Below, piece by piece: positions 1-8,700 of a stretch of DNA of 44,277 nt; the stretch's first letter is position 1; the number at the start of each line of letters is the position of its first letter. The notes under the pieces were generated by a model. That model did not search any database. It had not been told where the DNA came from and was given only the letters and a program-made list of their open reading frames with translations. The translations under genes and the position numbers were made by a program. Source of the stretch: a virus (lineage: Duplodnaviria > Caudoviricetes); IMG/VR virus record IMGVR_UViG_3300020374_000007, positions 1 to 44,277 of that record; one strand, given 5' to 3'.

Positions 1-62
1 TCCTTATTTTAGCACATAAATAAACCTTTTTTAATACGTTAATAAATGGCTAAATAAATGTA

Positions 63-114
63 TATGGAATCTTTATAGAGTGCGTGTAGAATGAGTGTAG
101 AATCCTTGTAGAAT
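63..114. repeat. Five phased 8-mer direct repeats (consensus TRTRGART) at 11-bp period
   Basis: tatggaat(63), tatagagt(74), tgtagaat(85), tgtagaat(96), tgtagaat(107). Confidence 0.75.
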
Positions 115-155
115 ACGTGAGTTAAATGTGGGTACTTATAGTGATCTTGGCGTTC

Positions 156-184
156 ATTATAACACGCAAACACCCAGAAGTCAA
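156..184 (-). promoter_or_regulatory. Sigma70-type promoter, leftward
   Basis: Reverse complement reads TTGACT-17 bp-TATAAT with an extended TGn before the -10. Confidence 0.75.
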
Positions 185-218
185 CCCCCACAGTCGAGTA
201 TAAGGAAAACGACACATA

Positions 219-247
219 TTGACAGTACGCAGAGATTCGTGTATAAT
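219..247 (+). promoter_or_regulatory. Sigma70-type promoter, rightward, perfect consensus
   Basis: TTGACA (219-224), 17 bp spacer, TATAAT (242-247). Confidence 0.8.
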
Positions 248-318
248 AAGGGTAATTCGTTATACATCAGTGAGTTATGAGTAGTTAACACAGTCTAAAC
301 ACACTCTAAACAGATCAG

Positions 319-360
319 CACCTTATAAGCACAGCCTCACACCAGTGTCTTATAAGGGTG
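319..360. repeat. Imperfect inverted repeat (hairpin) built on two CTTATAAG palindromes
   Basis: cac-cttataag-cac ... gtg-t-cttataag-g-gtg. Confidence 0.6.
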
Positions 361-411
361 TGAACTGTCAACAGTACATGAGAAACAACACAGCACCAGG
401 TGATAAGCTTC

Positions 412-420
412 ATTATAGCA
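412..420 (-). promoter_or_regulatory. Possible extended -10 promoter, leftward
   Basis: Reverse complement TGCTATAAT; the nearest TTGACT is 22 bp away, so there is no canonical -35. Confidence 0.35.
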
Positions 421-493
421 TGAAAGCCTCACAGTCCGCAGTCAATGTGTTTAGATTCTCATAAGGGTGCAGTGTCTTATAGCACTTGCTCAC

Positions 494-537
494 GGGCAGC
501 TGTTGTGTCCTTATGGGCAGTTGTTTTGTATCCTTAT
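494..537. repeat. Imperfect tandem duplication
   Basis: gggcagctgttgtgtccttat / gggcagttgttttgtatccttat. Confidence 0.65.
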
Positions 538-848
538 GTGTTGCGGTGTGCCCCCCTTGCGGTTTAAAAGCTGCTAACTACCCTAACCTACAGAGGTGAC
601 AATCTGTGAACTCAATATTGAAGATAATAGCAATTGTATCAGGACTCAAATACCTCGGACTTATAAGACCTCTGATATACCTCGGAATCTTTCTGATCGT
701 ATTCCTACTTGCGATTCTAGTGTAGAAAAAAATATTCGGCCAGTCAAAAAGGGTTCAAAACCCCCTTCAGATAAAAATATTCCCACGGCTTCAGAGGTCG
801 TCTAAGGTTCGCAAAGGATATATAAAAATAAACTTACACAATAGGAAA

Positions 849-995
849 ATGAAAATCAGTGTAGACCATTATGAGAGAGACATAATCATGGAAACTCTTC
901 AGTATCGCTTAGAACACGACGACCATTTGGTACAAGAGATGACTCTGAAAGACAATTTAGAGGATCTGCTGTCGAAATTGGAAGAGGATTTATAG
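849..995 (+). CDS. Small acidic hypothetical protein (48 aa, MKISVDHYERD...LEEDL)
   Basis: Translated by hand; AGGA just upstream of the ATG; same strand as all downstream genes; below the ORF-track cutoff. Confidence 0.65.
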   Translation: MKISVDHYERDIIMETLQYRLEHDDHLVQEMTLKDNLEDLLSKLEEDL

Positions 996-1014
996 GGAAT
1001 ATATAACTTGACTG

Positions 1015-1043
1015 TTGCATGAATTGAATTGTAATGGTATAAT
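1015..1043 (+). promoter_or_regulatory. Sigma70-type promoter upstream of the glycosyltransferase-like gene
   Basis: TTGCAT-17 bp-TATAAT with extended TGn, 23 bp before the ATG at 1067. Confidence 0.6.
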
Positions 1044-1066
1044 ATAGATGTAATTATTACTAAGTT

Positions 1067-1960
1067 ATGGCAAAAGGATTTACAGTAAAGGCAGACGTGC
1101 CGAAGAAAAAGAATACTGATGATTTTAATATAGCAGAGTGCAGACAACTAATTCGAGGAAAGACGATTGTATTCTGTCTACCTGGTAGAGGTGTATCCTA
1201 TCAGTTTCTGAAGAGTTTCGTAGGTCTCTGCTTTGATCTGGTACAGAACGGTGCAGCGATTCAGATATCTCAAGACTACAGTTCAATGGTGAACTTCGCA
1301 AGATGTAAGTGTCTTGGTGCAAATGTACTACGAGGCCCTGATCAGATGCCTTGGGACGGTAAACTAAAGTATGACTATCAGTTATGGATTGACTCTGATA
1401 TCATGTTTGATACAGAGAAGTTCTACAGATTGATTCATAATGCAATACCAACAGTGGCAAGAACCTATGAGGATGTCACACAACCAGTGTTGAATGCAGA
1501 CGGTACAGAGCAGAAGGATGAGGAAGGAAAAGCAATCACTCAGGTTGTCGGAAAGAATATCATCGTAGATCCAGAGAAGGAAAGGCAAATCGTTGCAGGT
1601 TGGTATTGCACAGAGGATGGTCGCACAACCTCGATTGCTCACTGGTTAGAAGAGGGCGACTTCCGTAAGAACGGTGGAGTCATGAATCATGAGACTCTCG
1701 AAACCATGAGTAAGAGAAAGAAGCCGTTCACTTGTGATTACACAGGATTCGGTTGGGTACTCATCAAGAATGGTGTGTTTGAGCACGAGCACATGAAGTA
1801 TCCGTGGTTTGCTCCAAAGATGCAAGTATTCGAGTCTGGAGAGGTACAGGATATGTGTGGAGAGGATGTTTCGTTCTGTCTTGATGCAATCGAAGGTGGT
1901 TTCGAGATCTGGTGCGATCCACTCATTCGTGTCGGTCATGAGAAAACGAGGGTCATCTAA
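1067..1960 (+). CDS. Conserved cyanophage protein with GT-A glycosyltransferase-like motifs
   Basis: LWIDSD (DxD), TGFGWVLIK, GEDVSFC, WCDPLIRVGHEK are typical of GT-A-like folds. Confidence 0.75.
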   Translation: MAKGFTVKADVPKKKNTDDFNIAECRQLIRGKTIVFCLPGRGVSYQFLKSFVGLCFDLVQNGAAIQISQDYSSMVNFARCKCLGANVLRGPDQMPWDGKLKYDYQLWIDSDIMFDTEKFYRLIHNAIPTVARTYEDVTQPVLNADGTEQKDEEGKAITQVVGKNIIVDPEKERQIVAGWYCTEDGRTTSIAHWLEEGDFRKNGGVMNHETLETMSKRKKPFTCDYTGFGWVLIKNGVFEHEHMKYPWFAPKMQVFESGEVQDMCGEDVSFCLDAIEGGFEIWCDPLIRVGHEKTRVI

Positions 1961-2058
1961 TGGAACTGTTCATTCTAATTGGTGGTTGTTATGCTCTTTA
2001 CACTGTGGGTATGGCAATTGCTACACATTTAGATTATAAGGAGGTAAATCGCAAATGA
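1960..2058 (+). CDS. 32-aa hydrophobic peptide (MELFILIGGCYALYTVGMAIATHLDYKEVNRK)
   Basis: TAATG overlap with the upstream gene and ATGA overlap with the downstream gene; one hydrophobic segment. Confidence 0.6.
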   Translation: MELFILIGGCYALYTVGMAIATHLDYKEVNRK

Positions 2059-2333
2059 GAGATCAAGGTTCCGTAGGAAAGGGTGAAACTGCAGAGGTCA
2101 AGTATGATCGGGCATTATCGCTCTTTACAGAGTCAGTCATGGCCCCTGACCATCAGTTAAGAGGGTGTGCTCATAATCAAGGGTGTTATGATGAACTGAT
2201 GGAGATACGAGAGCATGTGCTTGAGTATCTGAAGACATTGAGAGAGGTCACGCATCATACAAATGCGGATGAGAGTGATGAAATTGAAACAGCAAAGGTA
2301 ACAGAGGCAAAAGCATCTACCAAGTGGAGGTGA
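2055..2333 (+). CDS. Hypothetical protein (92 aa)
   Basis: ORF track; AAGGAGG Shine-Dalgarno sequence upstream. Confidence 0.8.
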   Translation: MRDQGSVGKGETAEVKYDRALSLFTESVMAPDHQLRGCAHNQGCYDELMEIREHVLEYLKTLREVTHHTNADESDEIETAKVTEAKASTKWR

Positions 2334-2373
2334 AAAAATCCCTCGTTAAAGTTAAAAAATCGTCGTTAAAGTT
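2333..2373. repeat. Imperfect tandem repeat (21/20 bp)
   Basis: aaaaaatccctcgttaaagtt / aaaaaatcgtcgttaaagtt. Confidence 0.7.
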
Positions 2374-2389
2374 TTAGGAGTATTAAATT

Positions 2390-2530
2390 ATGGCAATGAG
2401 ATTCAATATGGGTGATTCATTAATTGAAAGTCGCCCAAAGAAGACAAGACAAGGAAAAGGAAAGCATAGTAAGTTCTCTGCTACGAGTCGCAATGGGGCA
2501 AAGAAGAGATATAGAGGGCAAGGCAAGTAA
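2390..2530 (+). CDS. Small, highly basic protein (46 aa, ...PKKTRQGKGKHSK...KKRYRGQGK)
   Basis: Translated by hand; AGGAG SD; TAATG overlap with the next gene; recalled as a conserved small gene near g25 in marine T4-like phages. Confidence 0.8.
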   Translation: MAMRFNMGDSLIESRPKKTRQGKGKHSKFSATSRNGAKKRYRGQGK

Positions 2531-3222
2531 TGGCAGCATTAATTTGTAATCTTCCTTCTTATGATGTCTGGGTACGTAAAGAGTACCTGACCGACCACCA
2601 AAGTGGTCATGGTGAATTTGTAAAAGGAGTATGGGTATCGGCCAAGAGTATTCCTGGTCGTGCCTTTTATTTTGAGACATACTTACCAGAGTATGCTGCG
2701 ATGTTTGATAAACTTCCGATCTCCGCATTCACAAGCGACCCTGAGACACCGACACCCGACATGACCTTACACAATCTCCAGTTCTGGAATTGTATGGACT
2801 ACGGAGTCGTTGCGGTACAGAAGCAGTTTGTTGGTTCAATGCACTATGAGATAATGACGAGAGACTTTGGAAAACAAACAGGTACATATATTTGTACATT
2901 GGATAATTATCATCAAGACGTAGACGCAATCGACTACTCTACTAGTGAACAACCAGCTGAGCATAAGAGTCATAACCTTCTTGAATTGGATAATGGGCAG
3001 TTTTGTTTGTATCCAAATAATAGAATGAGAATATACGATAATAGTCTTACTCCTGAGACACCCAAGAATCCTGATTTTAAAGTATCAACTGTGTATTATC
3101 AGGTGGAAAATGGCCATGATCGTGATGGATTAGGAAATGATGAGAATTATTTCTGGAAAACAGCAAAAGAACGTAAAGAAGAAGATTATGGAATAGAAGA
3201 TTATGATAAGTTACATCAGTAA
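2530..3222 (+). CDS. Conserved cyanophage hypothetical protein (230 aa)
   Basis: ORF track; coupled start; recognisable conserved N-terminus (LICNLP..VWVRKEYLTDHQSGHGEF). Confidence 0.85.
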   Translation: MAALICNLPSYDVWVRKEYLTDHQSGHGEFVKGVWVSAKSIPGRAFYFETYLPEYAAMFDKLPISAFTSDPETPTPDMTLHNLQFWNCMDYGVVAVQKQFVGSMHYEIMTRDFGKQTGTYICTLDNYHQDVDAIDYSTSEQPAEHKSHNLLELDNGQFCLYPNNRMRIYDNSLTPETPKNPDFKVSTVYYQVENGHDRDGLGNDENYFWKTAKERKEEDYGIEDYDKLHQ

Positions 3223-3230
3223 GATAAATA
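3223..3230 (+). promoter_or_regulatory. T4-type late promoter variant (GATAAATA)
   Basis: Intergenic NATAAATA ~20 bp upstream of the ATG at 3250. Confidence 0.5.
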
Positions 3231-3249
3231 AATTATTACGGAAATTAAA

Positions 3250-3378
3250 ATGGTCATTAAAATGGATAAATCAGAAGAATTTAAGAAATCTGGTCGTAAA
3301 TTGATCAGTGAGTATGATGGTGACGAGTATTTTAAGGAAGAAGAGGAAGAAAAACCTCAATTTTTAAAAGAAGACTGA
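3250..3378 (+). CDS. Small acidic hypothetical protein (42 aa, MVIKMDKSEEF...QFLKED)
   Basis: Translated by hand; fills the gap between two late-promoter motifs. Confidence 0.65.
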   Translation: MVIKMDKSEEFKKSGRKLISEYDGDEYFKEEEEEKPQFLKED

Positions 3379-3384
3379 TAAATA
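3377..3384 (+). promoter_or_regulatory. T4-type late promoter variant (GATAAATA) upstream of g25
   Basis: NATAAATA at the start of the intergenic region before the baseplate genes. Confidence 0.5.
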
Positions 3385-3439
3385 AACGTAATATTAAAAA
3401 ACCCTTATAGATATATTAGGAAAAAATATATCAGAATGA

Positions 3440-3841
3440 ATGGCAGTTCAAATTTCTCGTGCATTTAAGGACATAAGTTTATCATTTACTCGGCATCCAG
3501 TCACAAACGACGTGACTGTGCTGAAAAATGAAGATGCAATTAAGAGATCAGTTGTCAATTTATGTCGAACACGCATTAATGATAGATTTTTTAATGACCT
3601 ATTGGGTACATCAATCGAAGATTCGTTGTTTGAGACGAATTTAAATGACATTTCATCATTCCTAGAAAGAGAAATCACTGTTTTACTCAAAAACTTTGAA
3701 CCAAGAATTAAATTAACAAATGTATTAATTGATTCTTTAATTGATTCGCATGAATTGCAGATAAGAATTGAGTATGAAATTACAGGATTACCCTTTCCAA
3801 CACAAAATATCGAATTTTTACTACAACCGACTAGGATATAA
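3440..3841 (+). CDS. g25: Baseplate wedge subunit gp25
   Basis: FKDISLSF..HPVTND, AIKRSVVNL, FEPRI motifs; position before g6. Confidence 0.93.
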   Translation: MAVQISRAFKDISLSFTRHPVTNDVTVLKNEDAIKRSVVNLCRTRINDRFFNDLLGTSIEDSLFETNLNDISSFLEREITVLLKNFEPRIKLTNVLIDSLIDSHELQIRIEYEITGLPFPTQNIEFLLQPTRI

Positions 3842-5724
3842 TGTCATTTACACAGTTTACCAACCTTGATTTTAATACTTTAAGGGCTCAGATCAAAGAT
3901 TACTTGAGGTCAAACTCAAATTTTTCTGATTTTGACTTTGAGGGGTCTAACTTTTCGGTTTTAATTGATACTCTTGCATATAACTCTTATATAACTGCCT
4001 ACAATACGAACATGGCTGTCAATGAATCATTCATTGATAGTGCAACTCTACGTGAAAATGTCGTATCATTAGCAAGAAACATTGGTTATGTACCAAGATC
4101 AAAGAAATCTGCGACTGCAACAATAAGTTTTTCGGTAAATGTACCAACTGGAGCAAATATTGTCAAATTAAATAAGGGTTTAGTTGCACTTGGATCAGTT
4201 CAAGGTGGAAATTACGTATTTTCAGTGCCAGATGACATCACTGTCACTCCAAATAGTCAAGGAATTGCCAATTTTAGCAATATTTCAATTTATGAAGGTA
4301 ATTATTTGACAAAATCCTTCACTGTAGACAGTTCACAGACCAATCAAAGGTACATTTTACCAAATGCGAACATTGATACCTCTTCAATTCGTGTTGAAGT
4401 TGAAGAAAGTGGATCAACTGAGGTGTATAATGCATATACTAACATTTTTGATATAGATTCCCAATCTAGACTCTTCCTTTTCCAAGAAATTGACGATGAA
4501 CGATATCAAATTATGTTTGGTGATAACGTTCTAGGTCGAAAACCAGCAAATGGAGCTATAATTCGAGTAAGTTATATTGTTACAAACGGAACTGATGGTA
4601 ATAATGCTGCTAATTTTAACTTTTCTGGAAGATTGACATATATTGTTGGTGGTGTAGATCGAGATATAACAAGTGGTATATCCCTCATAACAACCACACA
4701 GAGGTCGGAGAATGGTGATTCGATAGAATCTGTGGATAACATAAAATACCTTGCTCCAAGGGTGTATGCATCGCAGTATAGAGCAGTAACACCAAATGAT
4801 TATAAGAGTCTGATACCTTTCCTATACCCAAATATTGACTCTGTAAGTGCATATGGAGGAGAAGAACTTGATCCACCACAATATGGTAGAGTTTACATTA
4901 CGGTCAAACCAAAAAATGGTGAAGTTTTATCTGATGTAGTCAAAGATTCAATTAAAAACGATTTAAAGAAGTATACAGTAGCTGGCATCAAACAAGAATT
5001 TCTTGATTTGAAGTATTTGTATGTTGAGTTTAATTCAACTGTATCATACGATTCAGGATTCATCTCTGATAAGTTAAATTTACAGTCTCGAATACTATCT
5101 GCAATTGAGACTTATGCGAAATCATCAGATATTAACTCTTTTGGTGGAAGATTGAAGTATAGTAAGTTACTTTCACAAATTGACCGAGTTGATACTGGAA
5201 TAACTTCAAATATTACTAAACTGGTAATGAGAAGAGATTTAAAACCCTTATATAATCAATTGGCAACTTATGAGATATGTTACGGAAATATATTTCATGC
5301 TGATTTGGAAGGATTTAACATTCGTTCTTCTGCATTTAAGATTGAAGGAGTTGATGGGGATGTATATTTAACAGATTTCCCAGATAGTGATCAAACTACT
5401 GGAGTAGTTAAATTTTTTACCCTTGATGGAGGAATAATTACTTATATTAACAATAATGCTGGAACTGTGGATTACACAAAAGGAGAAATTAACTTATTTC
5501 CAATTAATATTGCATCTACCACTATATCTGAAAAAATTGAAATTGAAATTACTCCAGAATCCAATGATATCGTGGCAAAAGAGAATCTTTATATTGTGCT
5601 AGATACTAAAGGAAATAGCCAACTCAATTTATTAGAGGATGTTCTTGTTTCTGGTTCCAATGTCTCTGGAACGAACTATACACCACCATCCAGTTTCATT
5701 AGTAACAAAAAGTATACAAGATAA
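3841..5724 (+). CDS. g6: Baseplate wedge subunit gp6
   Basis: DFDFEGSNFSVLIDTLAYN, DSATLRENVVSLARNIGYVPRS, RAVT..DY, PPQYGRVYI. Confidence 0.95.
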   Translation: MSFTQFTNLDFNTLRAQIKDYLRSNSNFSDFDFEGSNFSVLIDTLAYNSYITAYNTNMAVNESFIDSATLRENVVSLARNIGYVPRSKKSATATISFSVNVPTGANIVKLNKGLVALGSVQGGNYVFSVPDDITVTPNSQGIANFSNISIYEGNYLTKSFTVDSSQTNQRYILPNANIDTSSIRVEVEESGSTEVYNAYTNIFDIDSQSRLFLFQEIDDERYQIMFGDNVLGRKPANGAIIRVSYIVTNGTDGNNAANFNFSGRLTYIVGGVDRDITSGISLITTTQRSENGDSIESVDNIKYLAPRVYASQYRAVTPNDYKSLIPFLYPNIDSVSAYGGEELDPPQYGRVYITVKPKNGEVLSDVVKDSIKNDLKKYTVAGIKQEFLDLKYLYVEFNSTVSYDSGFISDKLNLQSRILSAIETYAKSSDINSFGGRLKYSKLLSQIDRVDTGITSNITKLVMRRDLKPLYNQLATYEICYGNIFHADLEGFNIRSSAFKIEGVDGDVYLTDFPDSDQTTGVVKFFTLDGGIITYINNNAGTVDYTKGEINLFPINIASTTISEKIEIEITPESNDIVAKENLYIVLDTKGNSQLNLLEDVLVSGSNVSGTNYTPPSSFISNKKYTR

Positions 5725-5727
5725 CAG

Positions 5728-8700
5728 ATGTCAGATAAAAAAGTTAAAATATCAAATATTCTTGGTAGTCAAATACCAGATTTTATACAAGTAGACAATC
5801 CACTCTTCAAAGAGTTTTTAACTCAGTATTATGCATCTGAAGAACGTGAGTATGGAACTACTTACTTAGCTGATAACATTGCTTCATTAAAGAAAATTTC
5901 AACTGTTGCTGATATTTCTTTAGTTGAAAAACAGACTGTACCTGCACCAAATAGTACAATTCCAGAATCACCTGTTATTTTATCATCTTTAACATATGCA
6001 TTTGATGACGTTATTAATGTAAATCAAACTACAGGATTTCCAGATACATATGGTCTTTTAAAAATTGATAATGAGATCATCACATACACAGGAAAGACTT
6101 CTACATCATTTACTGGTTGTATTCGTGGATTTAGTGGAATATCTGCACTTGAAACAGCTGGCACCCCTGAGTTTTTAACTTTTAGTGATACAAATGCTTC
6201 TTCACACGCTGTTAATTCATCAGTAATCAATTTAAGTTTTCTTTTTGTATCTCAGTTTTATAAAAAATTCAGAAAACACTTTTTACCTGGTTTAGAAGGA
6301 AAAAGTTTTTCATATGGATTGAATGTAGAAAATATTTTATCAAGAGCAAGAGATTTTTACAGTTCAAAGGGAACGGACACATCTTTAAAAATTTTATTTC
6401 AGGTTTTGTATGGAGAGCAAGTTGATATCATCAAACCTTTTAATCAAACTATTTTACCTTCAGATGCAGAGTGGGATGTAACTGATGATGTTATTGTCGA
6501 GAATTTAAGTGGAAATCCCTTAAACTTAGTAGGTCTTAAAATATATCAAGATTCCTTTACAAATCCAACTGCAAGTGGATCTGTGGCAAATGTCGAAGCA
6601 ATATATCTAAAAAGCAAAAAATACTATAAAATCTCTTTTTCAAAGGGGACATTAATTAATAAATTTAAAGTTTCTACAAAAACAAAGGTAGTTGGAACTG
6701 CATCAACTACAGAAGTTACGACTGTGGACTCTACAGTTGGATTTGGAGACTCTGGTAATTTTTACTACTTAAACGCAGATAACAGATACACATTAGCAAC
6801 TTATACATCAAAATCAAATAATCAATTTTTTGGATGTACTGGTATTTCTACCACTTTAATTGAGTCTGATCCAATTATTGACACTAATTTCATTTATGGG
6901 TATGAAAATAATGATTTAACAAAGATCTGCACGATGAGAACAACTGGATCAATCTCTGGAGTTTCAGATAATGCTAATGTTACTAAGTATTTTGATATTG
7001 GTGATACAATAGGAGTTAAACATTTAGGTGAAAAGGTTGATGTCGATGATCCAAAATTCAATACTTGGTTCTATAACAACTTATCATATATCGATGTTAT
7101 TAATCATGATGGAACTGAATCCTTTACAACTCAAGTAAATCATTACTTAAAAAAAGGAGATAAAGTAGATATAATTTTAAAATCTAATGGGTCATTACAA
7201 GCTGAGAATGTAGAGGTAAAAGACACAAATACACCAACAACGTTTAGTATAGAAGTTACTAGTGCACCAGGCATTTTTGGAGATTATCAAATAAGAAAAA
7301 AACTTAGTTATATTGATAGTAGATTCGGAATTACGTCCTTATTGGGTAATATTCAAAATACATTCGTTGATAATGAAGAAAACACATATGTTTCTTTTTC
7401 TGGTTATCCATCTTTTGAAACAACAAATACGAATCGATCAAAAACATTTAACTCATCATCTGGAGTTAGCACAAACCAATATACAATCAATATAGGTAAT
7501 CATAATTTTATAAATGGGGAAAAAGTTTACCTTAATTTAGGAGAAGACCTAACATATTCATCTGGATCTGGAATAACTGGTATAGGTACTGGATTTTATT
7601 TTGTTAATGTTATTGATTCAAATACAATCAAGTTGGCTTTAACACCGTTAAATTTATATAGAGGACAATTAGAAATACCTCGATATACTGGAACTATAAA
7701 CGATAATACTTCAGGTATCAATACCATATTTAAAGATGTAAATCATACAATTACTCCTGCAAATTTGTATGAGAATGGAGAATTACAAAATCAAGACAAT
7801 TTTAAAAGAATATACAAAAATTCAAAAATATCGACTGAAAATAAAAATATTAAAGGATCAATTGGTGTTTCTCTAAACGGAATTGAATATCATTCTCCAA
7901 TCTCAAAGGATTCTTTGTATTATGGACAAATTAATGAAATTGAAGTTTTAAATTCTGGAGAAGATTATGATGTGATCAATCCACCCACATTATCCATTGT
8001 AGATCTTTCTGGAAGTAGTTCTGTTGGACATGGAAATTTTTCTGGCAGTATATCAGAAATTATAGTAAACAATAGAGGGTTTGATTACACCAAAACACCT
8101 TCAGTTACAATATCTGGAGGAAATGGATTAGGTGCTAGATGTGAAGCAAAGATGAAGGGATTGACCTATAGTAAGTCATATAATGATTTTAATGTAGATT
8201 TAGCAACAAATGCATTTGATGGAGAACATAGATTTTTAAACGGTGAGGAGATAGTATATACTGCAACAGGGACTCCTATAGGAATTCAAACTGGTGTTAA
8301 TGTTGGTTTTAATACTGATTTATTGTCTTCAGGAACATCTTACTTTATTTCTAAAAAAACAGATACGTCTTTCTCACTAGCAATAAAAAAAGATGATGCT
8401 ATTGCAGGAATCAATACTATATTTTTCATCCAAAATGGAAATGGAATTCATATTTTTAGATCTAAAAAGATAAGAAAGATAATTGATACAATAGAAATTA
8501 TTAATGCTGGATCTTTGTATTCGAATCGAAAAGTAAATATATCATCTCAACAATATCCCACTACTAATAGAATTGATTTATTTAAAACATTTGTTGGTAT
8601 AAACACCTTCAATGATTACATTTATGCAAAAAACCATAATTTTAAAAATGGTGATAATGTAGAGTATAACTGTACTGGAACTGTTATTTCTGGATTATCA

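Noticed and set aside
349-371. Additional leftward promoter from TGTCAA at 366-371
   Set aside because: No -10 hexamer at a 16-18 bp spacing.
63-540. Repeats considered as a CRISPR or mini-array
   Set aside because: Units are 8-23 bp, with no constant repeat separated by unique 30-40 bp spacers, and no cas genes.
596-805. 69-aa ORF in the leading intergenic region
   Set aside because: GTG start with no clear SD; it runs through repeats and A-tracts and has no recognisable protein features. More likely non-coding, though not excluded.
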